From: Camelus dromedarius
Lineage: Eukaryota
Reading direction: 5' to 3'
Assembly: GCF_036321535.1 (NCBI RefSeq)
Contig: NC_087437.1
Location: forward strand, 26,476,001 to 26,540,000
Length of the DNA stretch: 64,000 nt
The first letter of the stretch is position 1; each line of letters starts with the position of its first letter. Below the pieces are notes generated by a model. That model saw only the letters and a list, made by a program, of their open reading frames with translations. It was not told the origin of the DNA and did not search any database. This document shows positions 37,271 to 49,800 of this stretch, piece after piece. The translations under genes were made by a program, and so were the position numbers.

Positions 37271-40098
37271 AACTGGCAAATATTTGTTCTACTGTAGTTA
37301 TTACCCACATTAATCTTATTTATATGCACAATCATTTAGAGGGGTATAATGTTAATTTAGATCAGATAAACACACATCACCTTAGAATTTTATACAAAGT
37401 AACTGCTCACAATTAGGTAATCCCCCCAAAGTGAAAACTGCAGCCAAAATCATTCCAATAACAGTGTCCATTATGGTACCTTCTTGTAATTACGGCACAT
37501 CCTTATAGCAGACTGCTGTATGGCCTCCAAAGGGTAACTAGCTAGGTGTTCCTGCAGTGACACGGGGGACGGTCAGCAAACAAAAGCAGAGCAGAGGACA
37601 GTAAGCACACTAGGTATACAACCCTTTTGTTGTAAAAAGAAAAATTTTAATACATTTTACAAGAAATACTAATACTATTTTAGGGGAAATTTCACTTTCT
37701 GAATTGCTTTTAAAAAATTCTTAACAAGCCACAAGAAAAAAAATTGGTAAAATTTCCACTTAAGAAAATAAAAAGCTTGAATTTTTCATCATCTCTGCCC
37801 CACCCCCCCAAAATAAAACATATTCCTGTGAAACAGAACGTCAGTCTACCACGGTAGGTAGTTAACCACAGCCATGGAATTTGACACACTTGTATGGGCC
37901 TGATGTCTCTAAACCTGTTCAGTCATTTGTGTAATTCCATTTAACCTAAGGTAGAGTGTGAGGACAAAGCAGTGAGCTCAGTGCCTGGTGCAGAAGTAAA
38001 TACACGATAAGCAGTAGTTTAGTTAAGTATTAAATAATAAAAACATAACTAAAATACACGGGTTTTTTTAAGAGAGAAAGTTGGAAGTCACTTAGATGCT
38101 GTATTCCCTCAATCCTTAATCCGCAAGTTCAGGTCAAGGACTTGGTTCCTTCAAATTTAAGTCAGGAGTTTTTCTGAGGCAAAAAAAAATTTTTTTTGAA
38201 ACTCCAAACTTACTTTTAGTTGCTAAAAAAATGAAGTGTCTTACTTAACAGCACTGTCTAGGATTGTTACTAGTTAGCTAAATCATTTGAAATCTTTTTT
38301 AATTTCTCTATGGTATAACTATACATTTTTTCTAATAGGATGTTGAATAAAATAAAAATCTGTTTCTATTGAAAAATACCTTCCTAATTTAAAATTTTTC
38401 TGATTATGAAAGTATAGTCACCTGGAAACTTACCCTAGAGAAAAATTTATATTTTGCCTGCAGAATTACATGTTAAATACAATATATACTGTATGTATTT
38501 ACACTGTAACATCTACTTTATTTCCTCTTATAATGTAACATTCATTGGCGAGCATTTTCTTGTGTCATTCTTCAATGACTTTATCTTCTGGACATAGAAT
38601 CATTTATTCAACCCATAACCCTGAAAGTTGTATCTTGTAGTTTTCCCAAGTTTAGTTATTTTAAGTAATGCTGTCTGAGGGACATTCGGCTATATGAATT
38701 TAACCTAAGGAAATAGAGCTATTAAATTCCTAGAACTAAGTACAAAGCAAAGATACATGTATATATTTTTCACAGGTGTTTTTCTAATAAAATTGTGGTA
38801 AGGGGGCCAATAACTAGTTTCATTCATAATTTCAGTAAAGACAGTTGCTCTCTACTGTCTTCTTCTCCCCCACCCACAACATACAAACATCCCCTCACCT
38901 ACTTACAAGGTTCATTCAATAAAGGTTTCACAATTCTGGTCACTGCTTTCTGATCAGTTACCCTAATGGTTCTTTACAAGTAAAGTGTAAACGTATATTA
39001 ACATAAAATCATACATCACAACCCAGCCACCAAATTTCATTTGACCAATCTTTTGTTCCTAACGATCTTTTTTAACAGGTCAAGAAGTTTTTGTTTTACA
39101 GTTCCAAGGCATGTCTAGCTATCAGAGTAGCCCCAAGCCTCGTATCTTTCATCTATGTACAAATTCAGAACTAATGCCTGACAACACTGCCAAAGGAAAA
39201 AAATCTTTAGTTATACACAGTATATTTTAAGTAAGGCAAAGAGATTAACTCCTATTCCCTATCCCACTCTTTCTCAAAGGGTAGCATACAGTCCACTTAA
39301 AATGAATCAGACTGACCTAGTGATTACTTCTAAAAGGGACTTCTGGGGCTTTTGGAACCTTCATCTCTAAGGTGGAACACCAGAACCCAGAATCTGCATT
39401 ATAACCAGCTTCTCAGTTTTGCTTAGACCCACCAACTTTTGAGCTCAGAGCTTCTACTTGACGGTTCATGATAATGATTTATCTAAATAGTATTAAAAAC
39501 ATTTACTAAACTTCAGTACATCTCAGAGAACTTAAGACCTCTGGTATTAAACTTGGCTATTACATGGTCATAGTTAACATGTCACTGTGAAGCCAGAAAC
39601 TGCAAGACATCCCAATTATCTTATATGCTGCCTAAGGAATGTCTTTTCTTACATGACAGAATTCCAACTAGCTCACTTCACCCTGTCAGCACAGCCTCCA
39701 AATCTAAAGAAGTCACATGACAGTTCAACACAGAAGAATCCACAATGCAGACACCCTTCTTGGTACTAGGCTCCTTATCGCTCACTAGATTGCATACCTA
39801 CAGACAGCAACAAGAGAAAAATACTTAGTTTCTAATGGGTAAGTCAATTTTCGCCTCATAAGCCTGAAATGACTAAAAGCCATTTTTTAATAGAGCAAAA
39901 AGCCCATTAAAAAGAAATTCTCAGACACTCATTTTATTTATAATAAATACTATAAGAAACAGAGTAGGCCACCAACTGAATTTTCTAAGATTTTATGCTT
40001 GCAGCAGACTATATTCCCACTGTGTCAAAAATCAACTGTAACAGTAAGACAACAATTTATATAAACAACAGGAGTCTAGAGTATTTGGTTGGAATAAA

Positions 40099-40104
40099 TT
40101 TATT
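40099..40104 (-). terminator. PFN2 polyadenylation signal
   Basis: TTTATT on + strand, i.e. AATAAA on the PFN2 sense strand, followed on that strand by GT/T-rich sequence (revcomp of aaacaacagg, acaacaattt). Confidence 0.65.
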
Positions 40105-41085
40105 TCATCTGTCTGTAAACAAGGTGTTTAATAGTTATGGCATTTTTTTAAATGCATATTAAATCAGATGAGTTAGACTGTATCCCAGATGTAACAAAGT
40201 GCAGGGAAAGAAATGGACAAATCAGCAACAAGATCTGTTTTTAAATCTGTACATTATCCACAAGGCCCAAACAATAGAAGCAAATACTAGAACGTCCCTA
40301 AAGTAGTGCCATTCGAAAGAAACCTTTAATAGGTCAGTTAAAATCCATCTCACAATAGCAACAGTTCATTTTAACAATAGTATGGCACAGAATACATATG
40401 AAAAAAATTCATCACAAGACAGCCAAGTCCACAATAATGCAACTTCATATAAAAACTCAAGCTGCAAATAAAAATTGGTCCTATGAAGAACAAACTGGAC
40501 ACACTCCAGATGGTTATGTTGGGATACCTAATGTCCATAATGGCAGCCTTTTACAATTTTACTAAAGAATAGAGCTGGTGTGCAAAGAAAAAGACAGGAA
40601 CAAAAATCTGAGCCATTGCAATGATGGAATGTCCCTGGGGATTCAATCAGTATGGTTACTGTAAGGTCATGGGAGGAAGTGCCTTTTGCTCTTGTTTTGC
40701 AGTTGCACTTGTCATATGTCCTGTAGACACTACGAAAAGAGGTTTGTCTCTACTCAAGTGCAACAACAATACTAAAAGCAAACTACTGCAGCTCTCAATA
40801 GCTCAACAAAAGGGATATTAATTGGTTAAATAAACCAGGCACTGCATAAAAGAAGATGGAAGCAAATCAAATACCTATGTGCGAAGGGAGGGGGTGGGAA
40901 GAGAGGAGTGAAGGAAAGATGCATGCACTTTTTCCTCCCAACCATGCGCTACAAAAGGAAGACTAAATGAGCTAAGTAAACGCTCAAAGTGCTGAAAGAC
41001 ATTGATCAAATTAGAGATTGTACAACCGGCACCTTGCTTAATATTAACTTATTTTAGTAATCAATATCCCATTAATTGCTAAGAC

Positions 41086-41114
41086 AAAGTGATGCCCAAC
41101 TTGGCATGCCCCCT
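41086..41114 (-). promoter_or_regulatory. Iron-responsive element (atypical AAGUUG loop) in PFN2 3' UTR
   Basis: Minus strand reads AGGGGG-C-AUGCC-AAGUUG-GGCAU-CACUUU: bulged C, 5-bp upper stem, 6-nt loop. Confidence 0.75.
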
Positions 41115-41344
41115 CCCCCCAAATTTCAAGGTATCATGCAAATCATTATTGTGCTGCAATTATGTTGCCAGATAAGGTTGGTTACATACAGTGGTTAACA
41201 TACAAATGATCCATTGAGCAAACAGGAATCATGACATTAGAAAATAGGTAAAGAAAAATTAGCTACCATCTATAGTCTGGTAGCAGTGTGACCGTAATTG
41301 GGGTGGTGATGAAGACAGTTGCTAGGTAGATGGGGAGAGGCTGC

Positions 41345-41442
41345 TTACACATCAGACCTCCTCAGGTATAAAGCGAGTTCATATGCTTTCTTGTTAAGTG
41401 TGCCTCCGTGGACACCTTCCTTTCCCATGACTATAACCAATG
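41345..41442 (-). CDS. PFN2: PFN2 alternative terminal exon 3b (profilin-2b C-terminus)
   Basis: Second acceptor 320 nt downstream; (A)[31 protein letters not shown]; same length and phase as 3a. Confidence 0.95.
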
Positions 41443-41664
41443 CTGGAGTACACAAGGAAACAAAACAAAAGTGAATAGAATTATTTAAGGGGGGGGGCAG
41501 AAAGAAAGACACCTTTCCCCACCAACAGAGGGATACAAAGGAGACACAGGTTCATACCCCATCACCCTGCATTGCTAATAAAATTTCCAGAATTAAGACT
41601 CAAGCTTACAGCTAGGAAAGTTTAAGAGCAATTTTCCCCTAATACTTAACAGTCTGCCTAGCAG

Positions 41665-41762
41665 CTAGAACCCAGAGTCTCTCAAGTATTTTGCCATTGA
41701 GTATGCCTTCTTATTCAATCCGCCTCCATGGACCCCTTCTTTTCCCATTACAAAGACCAAGA
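41665..41762 (-). CDS. PFN2: PFN2 terminal exon 3a (profilin-2a C-terminus)
   Basis: Pyrimidine tract plus CAG; (V)[31 protein letters not shown]; 132+193+98 = 423 nt = 140 aa plus stop. Confidence 0.96.
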
Positions 41763-43527
41763 CTGAAAGAGAAAGAAGAAAAGTGTTTCAAAAGAAGTGT
41801 TAATCAAGAAAGTCACATTAAGTTTTAGCAGACAGAACCCCGATTAATAAGTTAACATTAAGTTAGTTTTCCATGAACAATCAAGCACTGAAGACAACCA
41901 GGTCTCCAAAAAGGAGAACTTTCAAACTAGTAATATGCTGAAAACATTCTGACTATTAACTGCATCATGGAAGTTCAATCGATGCAGCTGCAGTGTTCTA
42001 TAAAAATATCTACACTAGTTAGGGAAAAAAGATGTGATCACTTATCTCACACAGGGCAAAAAACTTCTGGTTGCTGTGAGAAACACTATTAGACTGGTCC
42101 CTCAAAATAAACTTAAAAAAAGTTTCAGGTAATTACTTAATAACTTAAAAAATTCTCCCCAAATTTAACTGCCTAAGTACAAACTATTAAGTTTCACCAG
42201 TGAGACTAAATGCATCTGTTACTTCCAGAGGAAAATCAAGACCAAATTTTGAGTGCCATTGAGAAAAGGCCAAATTAAAAATGCCTGAGTCCTGTGCTTA
42301 CTGATGTCATCATTGTGCTTTGTTTTTAATTGAGTCTAAAATCCTAAAATAGGTTTACTATTTTCAATAAGTTTCTTTCTTCTATGAGGCAGTTCAAAGG
42401 TCTATCCCCAGAATATATGAACATGTCAGATTTTATATTCACTGCCACTAGATGTCAGCAGTGCTGTATGGTATCAAAATATTCTGGTTTTTATGTCACA
42501 TGGTTGATGCTTCTTTTTAACATATTTATCTGAGCTCGGCTAATGTTTTAGAGATTTGTCCACTACTTCACCGTTATCTAATTTTCCCACAGAGAAATAT
42601 TTGTTAAGTATCAAGTCATACTAGAACAAGAGTAACTTTGAGGAAGTCACAAGGAGTTGGTAAGACCACTGCAGTAAGTTATGGCTCAGAGTAGCTTCAA
42701 GTTTCTTCACATGGTAGATTTGGTCTTAAAATTAGATGTGCCAAGTCTGCTATTTTTGGCTCCACAAGCCTCTTTATTTACAAAATATTTACACAGATTA
42801 ACACATTTAAATGTATTTGTAAATCAATTAGATGTCATTATTAAACCTTGATTTTAAGTTTCTTTCAAAAAAGTAACGAGACTTACTTAGTACATTTAAA
42901 ATTTCAGTAGTTGACAATAGGAAAAACAACATTTCTGGACCAGTGTACAAGCAAAATATAATTTTCTACTTTTCAAGTAAATTACAGACACACTTAGTCC
43001 TTGAAAATATTTTAGCAAATGAAAAATTCCAAAACCTTCATTCTAATTTTTTCTCTCTCCCCTAGAAATGTTTCTATTAGAAAAATGAGGCAATGTTAAT
43101 TTTTCCTTTTTTAATGCTGAATAGTGAATGACTAAAACGTGATCAAGAAAAGGAAAAGATCCAAGGGTCAAAGACCCAAAAAAAGACTAAAGAAACCAAT
43201 CTGAACAATTTAACACCGTAAGATTACCATTCAACATGTCAAGCAGTTGACGAGACAAATTTAGATTTTCGGTTTCCTAAAGCTGAGACTAAAGAGCTGA
43301 TACGAATGTTCTATTTTAGAATAAAGTCAGGATCTCAGCAGTTAGGCTGTATATGCAGCTGCTGTAGAGTAAGTGAATTTAAAGCAGTGCCTCCTTCAGT
43401 GCTCAGCAGTTCACAAAAACCACCTTAATAGCCATTATGGACTACCACTTCATTCAAAATGTTAAAGAAAATGCTTAATAAGTTGTAATGTGGCATGCAA
43501 CTTTTAATCAAAAGGTACCTTGCTTAC

Positions 43528-43720
43528 CTCTACCAGCTCTGCCGACGGCAACATTGTATGTTGGCTCCCCACCTTGACTCTTTGTCCGGATGTCCATTGT
43601 GCAGTCACCATCCACGTATAGGCTATCTCTGATCACTGAGCACTTCTTTGCGCCAAGAGTCAAACCGTTGGTAAAGAAACCTTCCCGGTCTTTTCCTACA
43701 ATCATATCTATTTCTACTGG
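43528..43720 (-). CDS. PFN2: PFN2 exon 2
   Basis: CAG acceptor and GAG|GTAAGC donor; 193 nt; [64 protein letters not shown]. Confidence 0.98.
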
Positions 43721-45279
43721 CTGCCCCCCACCACCCCCCAAAAAAAAGAAAAAGGAAAGAAAAAGAAATTGTAGTTAATTCCTTTCAGGCCCTGGTATAT
43801 ATAACAGGAAAGATTCTGCCAAGTTTGTACTACCACTACAAGACATCCACATTTCACTAATGTAAAATCAAGTTTAGGTCTTTTCTAAAAAATTAGTTAA
43901 TCCTACGTGATTACATGTTTTATATCAGTTAATTAGATTTCACAGTCGAGAGTGCAGCCTGGTAAGGAAAGACCAGTCAATGCAAAGAATCTCTAGTTGG
44001 TAGTTGACACTAGATAAACTGCAAACTTAACACTTATTCATAAACTGTTTCAAGTCAGGTGGTACCTGAAGTGCTTATGTAATGGTAAAGATTCACCTAT
44101 AAACTTTCAACAAAAGCTTGCCTATTATAATCGGTTCTAATACAGTCATTTTGCAACAAAATTAAAGTTGTCTGAAAGTCTCCTGAAATAAAGCCCATAC
44201 TTGACAGTTCATTTCCACTTTGCTTCAAAAACTTGAAATATCCCCCACAGCGTGAGCTTCAAGCCCTAGATCTCAGCACATTCCCAAATTCATACTTCCC
44301 TCCTATTATTCTAGCCGCTACTCCTTTTTCTCTCCAACTTCCCTTACCCTCCTATCTCAGTAATCAGTTTTCTTTCAGGGCAAATGCAAGGAGGATTCTG
44401 TCCATAGCACTGCAGTAGGCAATGGTAAAAGAACAGAGAAAATGGAGGGAGATTGGGAAAGAAACTGAGGTAGCGACTAGAACCGGAAAGGAGAAAACGT
44501 GCATTCTAACATTCCATGAATAAGAAGGAAGGCGTCGCCCCCATCAGAACTGCAGAGTCATAGCAGGCCCCAGCCATTTCCAAGCACACTCCCGCAATCT
44601 TCCCAGCCAGACAGCGGGAACTCACACACAAAGACGAGAGGACTGCAGAAAAAAAGTTGATCACCAGATGCCAATTCTCTACAAGAATTGTAGTCCACTG
44701 CGGTTAGAGGAAACCTTATAGTACTTGTATCAAGGACTGAGTTCTACACAGTTAGACCTTAAACCATGCTATGTATTACAAGAATAATTGGTAGCACCCA
44801 AAACAGGGGGCCTGAATTTTGGCGTTTGATGGGAAAGGGGCGCGAAGCTCAAGAAATTAAGGGAATGGTGTTGTCTTTGACATAATCATCACAATTTTAG
44901 AGCCTTGGTACAGAAAGCGGCAAAACTATAGAGCAGCACTGGAGGCTTAATGACAATTATTCCCCAAACATGTGGCAACCGAGTCAAACCATGAAGTCAC
45001 AAGAAAATCAGGCACGGTGAAGCATAAATCTGCATTAGCTCCTTTACTACCATCATTAAAGAGGGAAGAGGGACTTGGGGAACTGAAGTGTCCCCTCGGT
45101 CTTGGCAGATTACTGAAAACCGCTTCAAGCACCCGCTTTTTAGAGCTATGTTGCGTAATTGGGGATAACGGTGTATCGATGAATCTCCATAGGAGGAGAG
45201 AAATCAATGGCAGTTCGCCATCTTGGAGAATTAAAAAAAAAATCCTATGGAGCCAGAGCTGAAGTCGAGATTCACGAAT

Positions 45280-46830
45280 CCACCTACGTTGTCGGCGTAC
45301 ATTTCTCGCAAGCCCCAGGGGCCTGGACACCGGCAAACCTACGCCAAGTCGTTGCGAGGATCCCGGGGGCCGGGCAGCCGCCGCCTCCCACAGCTCTTGG
45401 CGCGGGCGGCGCGCTGTCCACGGCGCAAGGGCGGCCCGGACCCCCGCCCGGGCCTGGCGCTCCCTGGCCCCGCACCTCCGGCCCCCGCTTCCACCTGGGG
45501 ACATAAAAGCAAACCTCCGGGACCGAATGATGGGGGGAGCCCCCCCAACAGTAGCCGGTGCGTGCCCCGTCCCCCGGCATCACCCGGACAGGCTCTGGGA
45601 ACGCCAGAGAGCCCGGCCGCCGCCCCCGCCGGTCAGTGCAGCCCCGGCGAGGGGGCGTCCCCAAGCCTCGGCCTCTCCACACGCCCAGCAGCCGCATCCA
45701 CGGCGCCGGCCGCCTCGCACACCTGCCAGCTCGGCCCTCCCCGTGGCCGGGCCCCGCGCTGCGGCGCCCCCACGGCCGACCCCGCTCGGGTCCGGGCATG
45801 GGCACCCGGGCCGCCACCGGTCCTCACCGTAATGCTCTGGAAGACGCCCCCGGCCGTGGCTGCCCAGACGTATTTGGCGTCGCAGTAGCCGACAATGGCG
45901 GCCTCCTGGCAGCAGCCATCGCACATCAGGTTATCCACGTAGCTCTGCCAACCGGCCATCTTCGAGCCCTTCGCACTGCAGCGGGGACGGCGAGGAGCAG
46001 CAGGCGCAGCGGCGGCGGCGGTCGCGGGCGGCGCGGAGGGAGGCGGGGCGGGGGCGGGGAGGAGGCGGCTCTGCGCAGGCACCGACCGCCCCCTTCCCCG
46101 AGGAGCTGCGAAGGGAGGACGCGGGGTCGGCGGTGAGGGACAAGCCGCGAAGTGCGCCCGGCCCGGACCGGCCGCCCGCCAGCCAGCCCGCAACCGCGGG
46201 GCTGACTAACCACCGGCGGGAGGCTGCGGAGCGGCTGTGCCAGCGGCCGTGGGAGCGACTGCTCCTCACCACAGCTCCCTCAGCTCTCGCGGCCCCGGCG
46301 GGGCGGGCGGGCGTGCGCGCGCGTGCGCGCGCGTGCGTGCGATCCTTCCGCGGCGCCCCGACTCGGAGGGTCCCGGGAAGGGAGGGGGAGGCTGAAGGGG
46401 GCGCGGAGGGATATTGCCCGGGACAATCACGGCCGCCACGTGCGGGCAGCGAAGTCCAGGTGCGGCACGGCCGCTGGGGGCGGCTGAGCCTCGGACCCGG
46501 GGCCTGCGGAGAGGGTGTTTCTCCCGTGGCAACGAGCACCCCGGGGACGGCGGCGTCTCACACGCCTCGGAGTCCCCGCGTCCCGGCCATAAAACGTTTC
46601 TGTTCTGCGTCCGGCGACTCGGGATGCGGATTCTTGCGTCTCGGTGTCGGGTTGCAGAGTTGCCCTGGTGACGGGATGCGGAGCATTTACTCCTCTTTGT
46701 GGTGGGGGCAGCTGCTGGCAGGGTCGCCCACGCTTATCTTAGGTGTCGCCAGTGGGGCTCTCTTCCTTGGACCTCTCTGCCTTTCGACCGCAAAGGCTGC
46801 CGAGCGGGCGCTCTCTGGCAACCTGAAATC
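45280..46830. promoter_or_regulatory. CpG island / PFN2 promoter and 5' UTR
   Basis: Very GC- and CpG-rich; many GGGCGG boxes; spans exon 1; explains the dense overlapping Pro/Arg/Gly/Ala-rich ORFs. Confidence 0.93.
45828..45959 (-). CDS. PFN2: PFN2 exon 1 coding part
   Basis: AAGATGG Kozak; [44 protein letters not shown] (132 nt), then ACG|GTGAGG donor. Confidence 0.98.
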
Positions 46831-49800
46831 AGAGCAGGCATTAGTGGCTTTCAGGCAGGTTTCTGAGCTTTGCCGAGCTTTCATTGTTGCTTCATTTGGG
46901 TACCGGCGGCCTCTCATTCTGTGGATTCTTTGACAGGAAGAACCCTCCTTAATGTTGCTAATCACGTGTAGCAGAATTGCTCGTGAATTGCGAACAAATA
47001 GCTACCCATGTAAACTATTGGTTGGTCTGGAAAAGTTATAGGTGGGGCAAGAAATCGCTGAATATACGAAGAAATTAAAAATCTAAGAAAGGGTTCACTG
47101 TATTGAACACAGTAATAATAGTTCTGCTCTCGAAGGGTAAAACAATTTCGGGACCTAGATTTGAGAATGGCTTGTATTTACAGGTAAACCATGGGTAGCG
47201 TCCCTGTGAATCTCGCGTCGTCTTTAATAATCTCTAGGCGCGGTGACTGGACAAGGAATTAGGACACATCGTACAACAATTTGAATTTTAAGTGACCAAA
47301 AAGGTCTCTCAGTCAAGGGAAGAGAGTCTCAAAACTTTGAAAAGTTGACTTTCAACTTTAAAGTTACCATGTAAAGTCATAATTTGTGACAGGAGGATTA
47401 CACAAAAGTAGCTCAGTTAAAGAAGAGAAAAACGTTGCTAAGCAAGCTGAAGTTTTGTAATTTTTCTGCTGTTTGCCTTGAAATGTACAACTACCGCAGG
47501 CAAGGGGTGGGGGTGAGCTAAGAGAACCTCCAAGTCAGACACCTATCAGATTGAGACAGTGTATTCTCTCATGTTCTAATGATACAGAAAACCTATGTGA
47601 TATAAAATGTGTGCCAAAAATTGTTTCATTTTCGCAAGTGTGACTCCTACGTGATTTAGTTATACTTACTCGTTGTTGACTACTTTGCTTTTTTGCGGTG
47701 GTTGTTGGTGGTTTTAATCCTCCAATCTTACTAGTTCATTAATTTAAAAGTTAATGATAGTGTGCTGACAACACCAAGTGTCATTCTAAGAATTCATTGA
47801 GCTGTACACATATGATTTGTGCTCCTTGTACACATTATAATTCAGCAAATCTTAACGGTAAACAAAGGTAGTGAGAGAAAAGAAAAATAATAAAATGATG
47901 ATAGTTTGAAATTGAAATTGAATTTGTTAATCTACTCTTACGTTTTTAAGACTTAATTTTTAGATTATCTTGATTTAGCAAAGAGATACAAATAACTGTA
48001 TTCCATTCTTATTCTTTTATTGTTTTTAAAGAGCAAAAGGATTACACCAACTGAATATTCTGGATATTCAGATCTCAAAAGATTCTAAAACACACTGATT
48101 GGGTAAAACATAAGAATTTAGAATCCTTGTCACTATTTTTCAAAATATAACAATATTTTTAAATTACTGTTTTACTTTTCCAAGATAGTTATTTCTTTCC
48201 AAGAATTGCATACTGTAAAATTTAATCAATTATGAAAAATATATCTGTATACGAGACTAACTAGGTTTTGCAGTTGAGATTTTGAGGTGATATATTCAGA
48301 GTCTATTTACTGTCTATTTACTATCTCAGTACTATAATAAAAGAAGTTTGTGCTTGTTTTCTTTAGAACCAGCTTCCAAGCTTGCTGCCTATTTTCATAC
48401 AATGATCTGTTCCTATTTCATGTAACTATCGCTTACCACAATGTGTTTCAAAAGGCACAGTAGAACACTGAGTTTTAATAGCAATGTAAGTCCAAGAGAG
48501 TATCAATATGAGAAAAATGAGTACTGATTTGTATCTTTCTCTCCTTTTTTCAGGGTAATTGATCCCTACAGTGATAATAATGATGTCTGAGCAGAAGCAG
48601 AGAAAAATCAAAGCTCTGTTGCTCATACAGATATCCAGATGTAGCTAATAACAATAAGTTGTAACATATTTAAATGTGGAATGTGTGGTTATGCATTCTT
48701 TCCAAAATCTTTTTTTTATTATTTAGGAAAACAGTAACTATGTGGTATATCAGATTCTTTAATGTATCAGTCAAGGAATGCCTGAGCCATTTAAGTCCAT
48801 GAGCAAATCATTTGACATTTTAGCAAAATACACAGAAACAAGATGTAATTGTTAAGATGTATTCAACCTGATAAACACTGGGGTAGGAACTAAAACTACA
48901 GAATGTAATTACCCCAAACACAGTAAAACCCATAATTAACTAAGCCTACCTCAAGCCTTCAATTAACTAAATTTTCCACTTCCATACTTCAGTTTTTGAA
49001 AAAAAAAAGTGTTTTAATTACAAAGTAACTGTCACAACAATTAAGAAAGTTTAGAAAATGGAGAAAAATCACCCTTAATGCCACCAGTGATACAAATGTT
49101 ATCTTTTGAATGTATTCACTCATTGTCTTATTTATTATTTTTACAGTAAAGAACAAGGAGTACCTACAATTCTGGATTTGTCTGTTTTACCCTGAAACTA
49201 TGAATTTTTGCTTTTTATAGCTTAAAGTTATTTAATTAATACAAGTTAAAATTGTTATATTTTCTTTCTGATGAATTTAACTTTTACATTGAATAGTGGC
49301 CCTCTTTATCACCAGTACTGTTTTTTGTCTTAAAATCTATTTTGTCAAATATTAAGGTAACTATCCCAGCTCTCTTTTTAGAAATATTTTTCAGATATAA
49401 CTTTCCTGTCTCCCTCCCCTTCTCCTCCCCCTCCTGTCCGTTTCCTTCTCTTCCTCCTTCCCCTTCCAGCTCACACTTTCACTCTTGCTTTCCTGTCCTT
49501 AAATTTTACATCTCTTGTAATCTCACTTAGTTGGATTTTGGCTGTTTGTCTAATATGCAATCTATCCTTTAATTTTTCATTCATGTGGAATTTATATGTT
49601 CAACTTCTATTCTTTTAGTGTTACCCTTGAAATTTTATTATGCATATTTAATAGGACAAGTTTTTAAATTAAATAATATCTTAAACCCTCCAACCGGACA
49701 ATCCAAGGACCTTAGAACAGTTGAGTCTGGTCACACCTCTCCAGACTATTTTCCATAGATGTTTATTTATACACATATATTTATATATTTCCTATTTTAT

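Larger units (their letters stand above)
40080..41344 (-). other. PFN2: PFN2 shared 3' UTR
   Basis: Sequence with no recognisable repeats from the 3b stop to the minus-strand AATAAA at 40099-40104; a further AATAAA lies at 39933-39938; end approximate. Confidence 0.75.

Noticed and set aside
43721..43741. MGGGGGQ N-terminus of ORF 43508..43741
   Set aside because: Translation of the intronic G-tract from a TTG; not a real start.
44947..46965. Many long overlapping ORFs (up to 266 aa) on both strands
   Set aside because: Stop-codon depletion in the CpG island; low-complexity P/R/G/A products. Only the PFN2 exon 1 frame is recognisable.
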